From contig JAFATB010000014.1 of NCBI GenBank assembly GCA_019244185.1, positions 160,001-224,000 on the forward strand: a stretch of 64,000 nucleotides of DNA, in the 5' to 3' direction. This stretch comes from Acidobacteriota bacterium (lineage in GTDB: Bacteria; Acidobacteriota; Thermoanaerobaculia; Gp7-AA8). The translations under genes were made by a program, and so were the position numbers. Shown here one piece after another: positions 1 through 8,485 of the stretch (position 1 is its first letter; the number at the start of each line of letters is the position of its first letter). Below the pieces are notes generated by a model. The model made no database searches. It saw nothing but the letters and a program-made list of their open reading frames with translations, and had not been told where the DNA came from.

Positions 1-481
1 CGACGTGGATCTGCCGGAGGAACGCGAGCACGACCAGACGCGGATCGCGCGTCGACGGCATGGCGCGGTCTTCGGGGATGCGATGCGCGAACGCGATGAT
101 CTCGCCCGTCGGAGCGACGTCGACGCTCAGCTCTTCCTCGACCAGCGGCCGGAACCATCGGTGATGCCAGGACCAGATGTGCACGGCGCCGCGCGTCAGC
201 GCGTTCGCGCGCGCGAGTCCGAGAGAACGTTCGAGGAAGATGCGCGCGGCGTCGTCGGAGTCGAAGCGCACCGCGTGCTTCATGTCCTTCGTCGCGAGCG
301 CCTGCGTGGCGAGGAAGCGTTCGGCCACGGCGCGCGAGGCATTGCGGTCGAACTTGAAGTCGATCGATGCCTGCGGGAACGCGGAGTCGAAGTAGCGGAC
401 GATGAGCGCGACGGAGAGCGCCGCGAGGGCGAGGCAGATGCCGAGGAAGGTGAAGTCGCGCCGAGTGAGACGTTCGCGCAT
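1..481 (-). CDS. Membrane protein, 5' part only (runs off window start); probably the N-terminal region of a CPBP/Abi-type intramembrane protease
   Basis: My translation from ATG 481: MRERLTRRDFTFLGICLALAALSVALIVRYFDSAFPQASIDFKFDR..., open to window edge, N-terminal TM helix; 12 nt downstream of the tetR stop. The family call is recollection of similar N-termini; the catalytic part is not in the window. Confidence 0.6.
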   Translation of the reverse strand, partial: MRERLTRRDFTFLGICLALAALSVALIVRYFDSAFPQASIDFKFDRNASRAVAERFLATQALATKDMKHAVRFDSDDAARIFLERSLGLARANALTRGAVHIWSWHHRWFRPLVEEELSVDVAPTGEIIAFAHRIPEDRAMPSTRDPRLVVLAFLRQIHV

Positions 482-493
482 CTGCGCGAGCCG

Positions 494-1126
494 TTATAGC
501 AGACCGGTGAGGATCAGATCGGCCACGGCCTCCGCCTGCGCGCCGAGGTCGTATTCTTTTTCCGAAAGCATCCAGGATGTAACCATTTCGTCGAGGATGC
601 CGAAGATCGCTTTGGCGACGAGGCGCGAGTGCACATTGCGTCGGAACGCGGCTTCGGCCTGCCCCTGCTCGACGATCTTGCGGATGATGTTGAGGTAGTC
701 CGCCACTTCCTCCTGCGACAGGAGGCTCATGAACTTGAGGCTGTGCCGCAGTTCGACTTGAGAAACGATCGCCAGCGCGCGGTCGCGCCCGAGCGTTTCG
801 AGATGGTGGCGCACGGCGATGCGCAGCCGCTCCTCGGCGCGGTTGATGTTCGCCAGCTGCTGTTCGAGAGCGCGGAGGTAATTGCGCGTGTGCTCCCGAA
901 AGATGGTGATCAGCAGATCTTCTTTGCCGTCGAAATAGAGGTAAATCGTGCCGTCCGCGACGCCCGCGGCTTTCGCGATCTGCGCCACTTTCGCGTTGAA
1001 GTAGCCATGCGCCGCGAAGACGTCGATCGCCGCGCGCAGGATGCGCTCGCGCTTCGAGGTCCCGCGAAACGGCTCCGTCGCGGCGGCCGGAAGGGCGGTG
1101 GTGGAGGTGGATGCGTGGCGGACCAT
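494..1126 (-). CDS. TetR/AcrR family regulator (Bacillus FadR/YsiA-like)
   Basis: KRERILRAAIDVFAAHGYFNAKVAQIAKAAGVADGTIYLYFDGKEDLL TetR HTH; C-terminal domain resembles FadR/YsiA. Confidence 0.93.
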   Translation of the reverse strand: MVRHASTSTTALPAAATEPFRGTSKRERILRAAIDVFAAHGYFNAKVAQIAKAAGVADGTIYLYFDGKEDLLITIFREHTRNYLRALEQQLANINRAEERLRIAVRHHLETLGRDRALAIVSQVELRHSLKFMSLLSQEEVADYLNIIRKIVEQGQAEAAFRRNVHSRLVAKAIFGILDEMVTSWMLSEKEYDLGAQAEAVADLILTGLL

Positions 1127-1134
1127 CGGACGAA

Positions 1135-1148
1135 TGAATGCTCATTCA
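1135..1148. promoter_or_regulatory. Palindromic operator, probably TetR autoregulatory site
   Basis: TGAATG-CT-CATTCA 8 nt upstream of the tetR ATG; TTGACA on minus strand at 1161-1166; half-sites resemble the B. subtilis FadR box (TGAATG...CATTCA). Confidence 0.65.
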
Positions 1149-1167
1149 GCGCGAGGCGCGTGTCAAG

Positions 1168-1578
1168 TCAAGTGTGAAGCGACGCGCGGCCGAGCGCCTC
1201 GCGCAACGCATCCACCAGCCCGTCGTCGTCCTGCGCGGACTTGCCGTCGAACGCGGCGAAGACGTCCGCGCGCGTCCAGGATGCGGGGGCCGGATAGAGA
1301 TGGACGTGCAGGTGCGGCGTGGCGATGCCGAGCTTGAGGGCGATGGCGCGATCGGCGCGGGTGAGCGCGAGCAGCTCGCCTTCGACGCGATGCCAGAGGC
1401 GCGCGAGGTGCAGCCACGCGTCTTCGTCGAGCTGCGACGGGTTCTCGACGTGCGCTTTTGCCACGAGCATGAGATGCCCGCGCGGGGAACGGTCTTCGTG
1501 GAGGATGACCCACGCGTGCGCGTCTTCGTAGACGACGACTCCGGTGCGCGACGGGTCGGTGCAGAAGGCGCACGTCAT
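1168..1578 (-). CDS. HIT family protein
   Basis: MTCAFC zinc motif and PHLHVHLYP histidine triad; ATG at 1578 overlaps the stop of the upstream ABC gene (ATGA). Confidence 0.9.
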   Translation of the reverse strand: MTCAFCTDPSRTGVVVYEDAHAWVILHEDRSPRGHLMLVAKAHVENPSQLDEDAWLHLARLWHRVEGELLALTRADRAIALKLGIATPHLHVHLYPAPASWTRADVFAAFDGKSAQDDDGLVDALREALGRASLHT

Positions 1579-3317
1579 GCGAACGCCTTCACGCCGCTCT
1601 GTTCCCGCCACAACGACGCGTACAGTCCGTCGCGCGCGAGGAGCTCGGCGTGCGTGCCGGTCTCGACGATCGCGCCGGCGCGCAGCACGTGAATGCGGTC
1701 GGCGTGCGCAATCGTCGAGAGGCGATGCGCGACGAGCACGGTGAGGCGCGCGTCCGCGGAGACGACGCGGATGGTCTCGGTGATCGCGCGTTCGGTGATC
1801 GAGTCGAGGTTGCTCGTGGCCTCGTCGAACACGAGAAGATCGGGATCGCGCAGCAGCGCGCGTGCGATCGCGACGCGCTGGCGCTCGCCGCCGGAGAGTT
1901 TGATGCCGCCTTCGCCGATGCGTGTGTCGAGTCCCTGTCCGCCGCGCGTCAGGATCGGACTCGCGGCCGCACGTTCGAGGACCGCGAGGCACTGCTCATC
2001 CGTCGCGTTCGGCCGCGCGATTTGCAGATTGTCGCGCAGCGTGCCGGCGAAGAGCTGCGTCTCCTGCGTCACGAGGCCGATGCGCGCGCGGAACGCGTCG
2101 AGGTCGGCGCCGGCGAGATCGTGGCCGTTGACGCGAAGCACGCCGGACGTCGGCGTGTAGAGCCCGACCAGCAGCTTGACGAGGGACGACTTGCCGGAAC
2201 CCGACGGCCCCGCGAAGGCGACCGTCTCGCCGGCGCGCAGCGTGAGCGTGACGTCGTGCAGCGCCGGCAGGTGCGACGGATCGTAGACGAGGGTGACGCG
2301 ATCGAACGCGACCTCCGCGATCGGGCCGATCGCCGCCGCTTCCGCCGGGCGCTCTTCCTTCGGCTGATCGAGCACCGTGTCGAGCGTGTCGAACGTCGCC
2401 CGCGCTTCCTGGTAACGCGCCACCGCCGTCCCGAGCTCGGCCAGCGGCATGAAGATCGTGTTCGAGTAGAGAAACAGCGACAGGAACTCGCCGGTCGTAA
2501 TCGAATGGTCGTAGACGAGCCAGAGCATCACGATGAGCAGCACCGCGCGCGTCACGTGAATGAGGCTGCCGACGATGAACATGAAGAGGCGGATGAGCTG
2601 CAGCTTGCGCTGTTCGAGCGCGAGGATGCGGTCGTTGACGTCGGTCATCCGCCCGATTTCCTGCGTCTCGATGCCGAGGCTCTTCACGAGCTCGATGTTG
2701 CGAATCGCTTCGGTGGCCGTGCCCGCGAGCGCGGCACTCTCGCGCGTGATGCGGAACTGATGGCGGCGGATCGGACGGCCGATGGTGATGGTGACGATGG
2801 CGACGACCGGCGCCGCAACCACATGGAGGACGCCGAGCAGCGGATGCACGGTGAACGCGTAGATGGTCACCGCCACGATCGCGAGCCCGCCGAGGTAGAG
2901 GCGGACCGCGCCGCTAATGCCGCTTTCGGCATCGGTGCGCGCGCGCTGGATGGTGTGCAGCAGCTCGCCGCTGCGCTGATTCTCGAAGACGCTGTACGGC
3001 ATGAGCAGCGAATGCGCGACGCTCTTCGCGTAGAGGCTCGCGCCGACGCGCCGCGCGATCGTGTTGATCGTGTACTCCTGCAGCGAACGGAAGAGGCGCG
3101 CGAGGAGCGAGACGACGATCGAGGCGCCGATGAGCAGCAGCACGCCGCGGAAGAAGACGTCGCGCGGCATCGCGCCGACGTGCTGCACGTACTTGTCGAC
3201 GATCACGCGGAGGATCTGCGGGTCGGCGAGCTGCAGCAACTGCGCGACCGTCGCCGCCGCGAACGTCGCGATCAGCGCGCGCCACTGCTGCTTGAGATAC
3301 GGAAGAAGGATGCGCAT
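1575..3317 (-). CDS. ABC exporter, fused permease/ATPase (MsbA/MdlB-like)
   Basis: N-terminal TM domain; Walker A GPSGSGKS, LSGGERQR signature, LVFDEATS Walker B, AHRLST; true start MRILLPYLK at 3317. Confidence 0.95.
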   Translation of the reverse strand: MRILLPYLKQQWRALIATFAAATVAQLLQLADPQILRVIVDKYVQHVGAMPRDVFFRGVLLLIGASIVVSLLARLFRSLQEYTINTIARRVGASLYAKSVAHSLLMPYSVFENQRSGELLHTIQRARTDAESGISGAVRLYLGGLAIVAVTIYAFTVHPLLGVLHVVAAPVVAIVTITIGRPIRRHQFRITRESAALAGTATEAIRNIELVKSLGIETQEIGRMTDVNDRILALEQRKLQLIRLFMFIVGSLIHVTRAVLLIVMLWLVYDHSITTGEFLSLFLYSNTIFMPLAELGTAVARYQEARATFDTLDTVLDQPKEERPAEAAAIGPIAEVAFDRVTLVYDPSHLPALHDVTLTLRAGETVAFAGPSGSGKSSLVKLLVGLYTPTSGVLRVNGHDLAGADLDAFRARIGLVTQETQLFAGTLRDNLQIARPNATDEQCLAVLERAAASPILTRGGQGLDTRIGEGGIKLSGGERQRVAIARALLRDPDLLVFDEATSNLDSITERAITETIRVVSADARLTVLVAHRLSTIAHADRIHVLRAGAIVETGTHAELLARDGLYASLWREQSGVKAFA

Positions 3318-4441
3318 CAGCCCCGCAGCCGCCTTCGCACGCGCAGGAGCAGTTGCACCGGCATGCGCAGCGCGCGCGCGTTCAACAGACGCACGCGCCA
3401 CGGACTCGCCGCGCGCGGCGCCTGCGCATACAGATGCGGCGTGACGTGCGCGAGCGACGCGCCGATCGCCGCGAGGTCGTCGCGCGGATCGACGTCGATC
3501 GGCGACGCGAGCAGCTCTTCGTAGAGCTCGATGTACTGCTGCGCGAGCAGGTCGACGCCCGCGCTCGCGCGGATGCGATCGGTGACCGGCGCGGCGTCCG
3601 CGGGATCGTACCGATCGAGCTCGGCGAGAACGCTCTCCACGGTCGTCGGCGTGTCGAGCAAACGATGTCCGAAGTTCAGCACGCGCATCGCGTCGAGCCG
3701 CTCCGTCGTGACCATGCCTCCGATGCCGCGCAGATCGGCGGCGACGACGGCGCAACCGCTGGCCATCGCCTCCAGCGCCGAGCGTCCTTTCGCGAAGACG
3801 ACGTCGTAGTCGCGCAGCACGTTCTCGGGAACGATGACGTTGCCGCTGGCGACGCCCGCGAGATCGACGGCGATGCCGCGGCGCGCACACGCATCGCGGA
3901 TCGGCGCGGCGAAGGTGTTCTCCGCGGCGCTGTTGCTGAAGACGAGCGCGCGGCGCGGCTTCTCGGGGAGCGGCCCGCGCCGCGGGAAGCGTTCGAGATC
4001 GACGGCGTTCGCGAAAATGCGGATGTCGCGCTCGGGAATGCCGTGCTCGAACATCATCCGATCGCGGCAGTTGCGGTCGACGGCGACGTATGCGCGCAGG
4101 CGCGGCCCGCGCGGCGGGATCGAGTGCCACGAGATCGCGTCGTGGCAGACGAACAGTGCGGGCACGCCCGGAAAACGCGCCATCGCGGCGATCGTCTCGA
4201 GGTGATGGTGGCCGTGGATGACGTCGGGTGCCGCGGCGAGATCGGCGACGTCGCTGACGACCGGCACGCTGGCGTTGCGCACGGAGCGGCGCAGCGCGCC
4301 GACGCGCGTCGCGTAGACGACCGGCTGCACGCCGCGGCGTTGCAGCGTGACGGCGAGATCGCGCGTGTAGAGGTCGGTGCCGCTTGGTGCGTCGAGCGCG
4401 GCCGTCGCGATGAGGATGCGACGCGGCTCAGGAGTGCTCAT
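3317..4441 (-). CDS. Glycosyltransferase (GT-B, family 4-like)
   Basis: RRILIAT...SGTDLY N-terminus, PDVIHGHH, NAVDLERF, GRSALEAMASGCAVV. Confidence 0.85.
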   Translation of the reverse strand: MSTPEPRRILIATAALDAPSGTDLYTRDLAVTLQRRGVQPVVYATRVGALRRSVRNASVPVVSDVADLAAAPDVIHGHHHLETIAAMARFPGVPALFVCHDAISWHSIPPRGPRLRAYVAVDRNCRDRMMFEHGIPERDIRIFANAVDLERFPRRGPLPEKPRRALVFSNSAAENTFAAPIRDACARRGIAVDLAGVASGNVIVPENVLRDYDVVFAKGRSALEAMASGCAVVAADLRGIGGMVTTERLDAMRVLNFGHRLLDTPTTVESVLAELDRYDPADAAPVTDRIRASAGVDLLAQQYIELYEELLASPIDVDPRDDLAAIGASLAHVTPHLYAQAPRAASPWRVRLLNARALRMPVQLLLRVRRRLRG

Positions 4442-4480
4442 GCCGCATGGCGCGATTCTAACAAACGTATGATTCCGCCC

Positions 4481-5455
4481 ATGCGCACCATCCGCCTCGG
4501 CCGCACGAACGCTCACGTCCCCGCCATCAGCCTCGGCACCTGGGGTCACGGCGGTCCGCGCGTCACCGACAGCGGCGCCTCCGTCGGCTGGAGCGGCCAC
4601 GACGACGCGCAGGCGCGCGAGGCGCTACTCGCCGCGCACCGCGCCGGCATCACGCACTGGGATACCGCGGATGCGTACGGCGACGGTCACGCCGAGGAGC
4701 TCATCGGCACGATGTGGAACGACGTGCCGCGCGACGAGATCTTCATCGCCACGAAGGTCGGCTACATCTTCGGTCCCGCGAACCGCGCCTACGAGCCGCG
4801 CTTCATGCGCGAACAAGCCGAACGCTCGCTGCAGAACATGCGCACCGACGTGCTTGATCTCTACTACTTCCATCATTCGGACTTCGGACCGAATGACGAA
4901 TGGCTCGATCCCGCGTTGGAGGTGATGCACCGCCTGCGCGACGAGGGGAAAGTGCGCTTCATCGGCCTCTCGGCCTGGAACGCGTCGCGCCTCATGCGCG
5001 TCATCGAGCGCATCGATCCCGACGTCGTGCAGCCGTACCGCAATCTCGTCGACGACGACTACGAGTCGAGCGGACTCAAAGCGTGGGTCGACGCGCACGA
5101 TCTCGGTGTCGCGTTTTTCTCGCCGCTGAAGCACGGCCTGCTCCTCGGCAAGTACGAGCATCCCGTGACGTTCGAGGAAGGCGACTTCCGCAGCACGGTC
5201 GGCGACTTCCGCGACGCGGATGCGATCGGGCGCTACCGCGCCGCCGCGGCCGCGATGCGCGAGCGTTTTGCCTCGCATCCCGAGCCCGTGCTGCACGCGG
5301 TCACCGGCGCGCTGCTGACCGGCAACCCGACCGCGTGCGTGCTCCTCGGCCAGCGCAATCCGCGACAGGTTGCCGCCGCCGCGTCGGTGGGCGAAGCGCT
5401 CAGCGCGGAGGACGCCGCGTGGGTGCGCGCGCAGTACAATTCGGGGCGTGGCTGA
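4481..5455 (+). CDS. Aldo/keto reductase
   Basis: ISLGTWG, GITHWDTADAYGDGHAEE, IFIATKVG, DLYYFH, GKVRFIGLS, FSPLKHGLL. Confidence 0.93.
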   Translation: MRTIRLGRTNAHVPAISLGTWGHGGPRVTDSGASVGWSGHDDAQAREALLAAHRAGITHWDTADAYGDGHAEELIGTMWNDVPRDEIFIATKVGYIFGPANRAYEPRFMREQAERSLQNMRTDVLDLYYFHHSDFGPNDEWLDPALEVMHRLRDEGKVRFIGLSAWNASRLMRVIERIDPDVVQPYRNLVDDDYESSGLKAWVDAHDLGVAFFSPLKHGLLLGKYEHPVTFEEGDFRSTVGDFRDADAIGRYRAAAAAMRERFASHPEPVLHAVTGALLTGNPTACVLLGQRNPRQVAAAASVGEALSAEDAAWVRAQYNSGRG

Positions 5456-5654
5456 GCGGCGGAACGTGACGGTGAAAAAGTACCGGCTGGGGGAAGAGCC
5501 GGAGTACGACGAGTTCATCATCTCGATGACGCACGGCGCGCGCATGGAGCTCGTTTGGGAGCTGACGAAGAACGCGTGGTCGTTCAAGGAGCCCGGCTGG
5601 AGTGAATCGAGACTTCGCCGAGATGTTGCGCGCGTTGTCCGAAGCGCGCGCTGA
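5448..5654 (+). CDS. Small hypothetical protein (68 aa) paired with nucleotidyltransferase
   Basis: GTG start: MAERRNVTVKKYRLGEEPEYDEFIISMTHGARMELVWELTKNAWSFKEPGWSESRLRRDVARVVRSAR; protein-like composition; overlaps the next gene. Confidence 0.65.
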   Translation: MAERRNVTVKKYRLGEEPEYDEFIISMTHGARMELVWELTKNAWSFKEPGWSESRLRRDVARVVRSAR

Positions 5655-6051
5655 CTTTCTCATCGTGGGTTCCTACGCGCGTGCCGCCTATGGCGAGCCG
5701 CGCGCGACGAAAGATCTCGACCTCTGCGTGCGAGCGACGCCGGACAATGCGCGACGCGTGTGGACAGCGCTGCTCGCATTCGGCGCGTCGCTCGCGGATT
5801 TGACGCTCGGCGATCTCGCAACGCCCGGCACGACCTTTCAACTCGGCGTCGCGCCGTACCGCATCGATCTCGTCACGAAGATCAGCGGCCTCACCTTCGA
5901 CGAAGCGTGGGCGAATCGCATCGAGGCGGATTTCTGGGGCATCCGCTGCGCGGTCATCGGCAAAGCGGACTACGTGAAGAACAAGCGTGCCGCAGGACGG
6001 CCACAGGATCTTGTCGACGCCGATCACGTCGAACGCAGCCCGATCGTCTAA
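5602..6051 (+). CDS. Pol-beta-superfamily nucleotidyltransferase (DUF6036-like)
   Basis: FLIVGSYA...PRATKDLDL (GS...DxD), RIDLVT, C-terminal KRAAGRPQDLVD. Confidence 0.85.
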   Translation: MNRDFAEMLRALSEARADFLIVGSYARAAYGEPRATKDLDLCVRATPDNARRVWTALLAFGASLADLTLGDLATPGTTFQLGVAPYRIDLVTKISGLTFDEAWANRIEADFWGIRCAVIGKADYVKNKRAAGRPQDLVDADHVERSPIV

Positions 6052-8456
6052 TACGCCGCCAGCCTCCGCGCCGCCCGCTCCACCTCTTCCTCGCTCGGCA
6101 GAAACACCTCTTCGAGCGGCGGCGAATACGGCACGGGCGTGTCGAGCGCGCCGATCACGACGACGGGCGCATCGAGGAACTCGAACGCTTCCTCCTGGAT
6201 GATCGCGGCGAGCGATTCGCCGATCGAGCCGGTGCGGGTGTCTTCGTGAATGATCAGGACGCGGCTGCAGTGGCGGGCGACGGCGAGCACGGACTCGCGA
6301 TCGAGCGGTGCGAGGCTGCGCAGGTCGAGCACCGCGCACTCGATGCCGTCCTTCGCGAGCGTCTCCGCCACGCGCATGGCGACGTGCACGTATGCGCCGT
6401 ACGAGATGATCGCGAGATCGTCGCCGGCGCGGCGCAGCGCGGCCTTGCCGATCGGCAGCGGCGCGGGCGGCTCGTCGGCGAGCGACTGCTTGACCTTCGG
6501 ATCGCGGTACAGCGCGATGTGCTCGTAGTAGAGCACCGGATCGGGATCGTTGACGGCGGCGAGCATGAGCGCGCGCGCGTCGTACGGCGTCGACGGCGTG
6601 ACGATCTTCAGTCCCGGCGTGCGGTAGAACCACGCCTCGGTATTCTGCGAATGGTACGGACCGGCGTGGCGCAGTCCGCCCCACGGCATCCGCAAGGTGA
6701 AGGGAATCTCTGCGCCCCAGCGGTAGCGCAGCTTCGCCGCGTTGTTGACGAGCTGATTGAATCCCGTCGCGACGAAGTCGTTGAACTGGATCTCGCCGAT
6801 CGGCCGCAGGCCGGCGAGCGCGGCACCGACGCAGACGCCGATCGTCGAGCCTTCCGACAACACGGAATTGAAGATGCGGTCGCCGAACTCTTTCAGCAGC
6901 GGACGCAGCAGGAGAAACGCGTTGCCGTACTTGCCGCCGACGTCTTCGCCGTAGACGAACACGCGCTCGTCCGCGCGCAACGCGTCGCCGACGCCGAGCA
7001 TCACCGCCTCGAGGAACGTCTTCCCTTTCGCGTCGAACGCCGGACCTTCATCGAGCGGCGGCAGCGCGAGGTTGCGCGACGTCTCCTGCCGCCACGTTTC
7101 GTCGAGCACGTCGATGCGCGCGCGGCGCGGCTCGTTCGCGAGCACGCCCGCACCCGCGTCCGCGGCCTCCGGCCACGGCGCGTCGATCACAGCGCGCGCC
7201 TCGGTCTCGACGAGCTCTTCGATCTCGCGCTTCCACTGTTCGACTTCGCCCGCGTCGACGAGACCGTCCGCCTCGAGCTTCGCCGCGTACGTGACGATCG
7301 GATCGCGGCCGCACCAGTACTCGTACGCCTCGCGGTCCGCGTAGCCCGCTTCGGTGAGCGGCGGATACGACCACGACGGCTGCGCGTCCTTGCCGAGGTA
7401 GAGCATGTCGTCGTGATGGGCATGGCCGCACATGCGCATCGCGATCAGCTCGATGAGCGTCACGCCGCGGCCGTCGCGCGCGCGTTCGGCGGCCCACGCA
7501 AACGCGGCCGCGATCGCGTCGGGATCGGTGCCGTCGATCGTGATCGCGGGCACGCCGTAGCCGATGCCTTTGTCGGCGAACGTGCGCACCGCGGAGTTCT
7601 CGCGCACGGGCGTCGACAGCGCGGTCTGATTGTTCTGGATGCAGAAGATCGCCGCGAGTTTGCGCGCGGCGGCGGCGTTGATGGCCTCGTGCCATTCGCC
7701 GAGGGACGTCGAGCCTTCGCCGATGAACGACACGGCGACGCGCGGCTCGTTGCGGAGGCGAAACGCCATGGCGACGCCGGCGATGGTCAGCGCGGGGCTG
7801 CCGAGCGGCGCCATCGCGGGGAGAATGCCGTGCGCCCAGTCGCCGACGTGAAGGTCCTTGCCGTTCATCGGCGGACCCGCTTTGGCCATCTGCGCGCTGA
7901 GCACCATGCGCACGGTCTCGGGCGCGTTGTGCATCGCGAGCACGGCGCCGAGGTCGCGGATCATCGGCGAGATGACATCGCCGGACGGCTCGCGGCGCAG
8001 GCGGATCGCGGCGGCGTAGATCGCTTCCTGTCCCAATGAGCGGAAACCTTTGCCCTGGAACGACGCGCTGCCCCAGCGCACATCGCCGCCGGTGAAGAAC
8101 TGCTTGAGGCGGTTGTCGGTGGCGCGGGTGAGGAGCATGCCGCGGAGGATCTCGCGCTTCTCGTCGCGCGTCAGCGACGCGGCGATCGCCTCGCGGCGGA
8201 GGAAGCCCTCGCAAGCGTCGATGAACGACTCGCGCGCGTGGCGCAGGCGTTCATCGGCGGTGACGCGCGGCGTCGGTTCGGGAAGCTCGCCGAGGGTGGC
8301 GGGAAGCGTGGCTTCGAGTGCATCGCGCAGCGCGGCGGCGTCGGGCGTGCCGCGTTCGGCGACGACGCGTTCGAGCGCCTGCATCGCCTGCGTCGCGGCG
8401 AACGGCTCGCGCTCGGCGACGAACGCTCCGAAGCGCGCGAGAAGGGTCGTGGTCAT
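6048..8456 (-). CDS. 2-oxoacid dehydrogenase E1, fused alpha+beta subunits (TPP-dependent)
   Basis: GEGSTSLGEWHEAIN...QNN TPP motif, RMCGHAHHD, beta part GEDVG...EIQFNDF, GPYHSQ, DLRSLAPLD; start MTTTLLAR at 8456. Confidence 0.92.
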   Translation of the reverse strand: MTTTLLARFGAFVAEREPFAATQAMQALERVVAERGTPDAAALRDALEATLPATLGELPEPTPRVTADERLRHARESFIDACEGFLRREAIAASLTRDEKREILRGMLLTRATDNRLKQFFTGGDVRWGSASFQGKGFRSLGQEAIYAAAIRLRREPSGDVISPMIRDLGAVLAMHNAPETVRMVLSAQMAKAGPPMNGKDLHVGDWAHGILPAMAPLGSPALTIAGVAMAFRLRNEPRVAVSFIGEGSTSLGEWHEAINAAAARKLAAIFCIQNNQTALSTPVRENSAVRTFADKGIGYGVPAITIDGTDPDAIAAAFAWAAERARDGRGVTLIELIAMRMCGHAHHDDMLYLGKDAQPSWSYPPLTEAGYADREAYEYWCGRDPIVTYAAKLEADGLVDAGEVEQWKREIEELVETEARAVIDAPWPEAADAGAGVLANEPRRARIDVLDETWRQETSRNLALPPLDEGPAFDAKGKTFLEAVMLGVGDALRADERVFVYGEDVGGKYGNAFLLLRPLLKEFGDRIFNSVLSEGSTIGVCVGAALAGLRPIGEIQFNDFVATGFNQLVNNAAKLRYRWGAEIPFTLRMPWGGLRHAGPYHSQNTEAWFYRTPGLKIVTPSTPYDARALMLAAVNDPDPVLYYEHIALYRDPKVKQSLADEPPAPLPIGKAALRRAGDDLAIISYGAYVHVAMRVAETLAKDGIECAVLDLRSLAPLDRESVLAVARHCSRVLIIHEDTRTGSIGESLAAIIQEEAFEFLDAPVVVIGALDTPVPYSPPLEEVFLPSEEEVERAARRLAAY

Positions 8457-8485
8457 CGCGCGGGATCGTAGCAGAGCGCCGCGGC

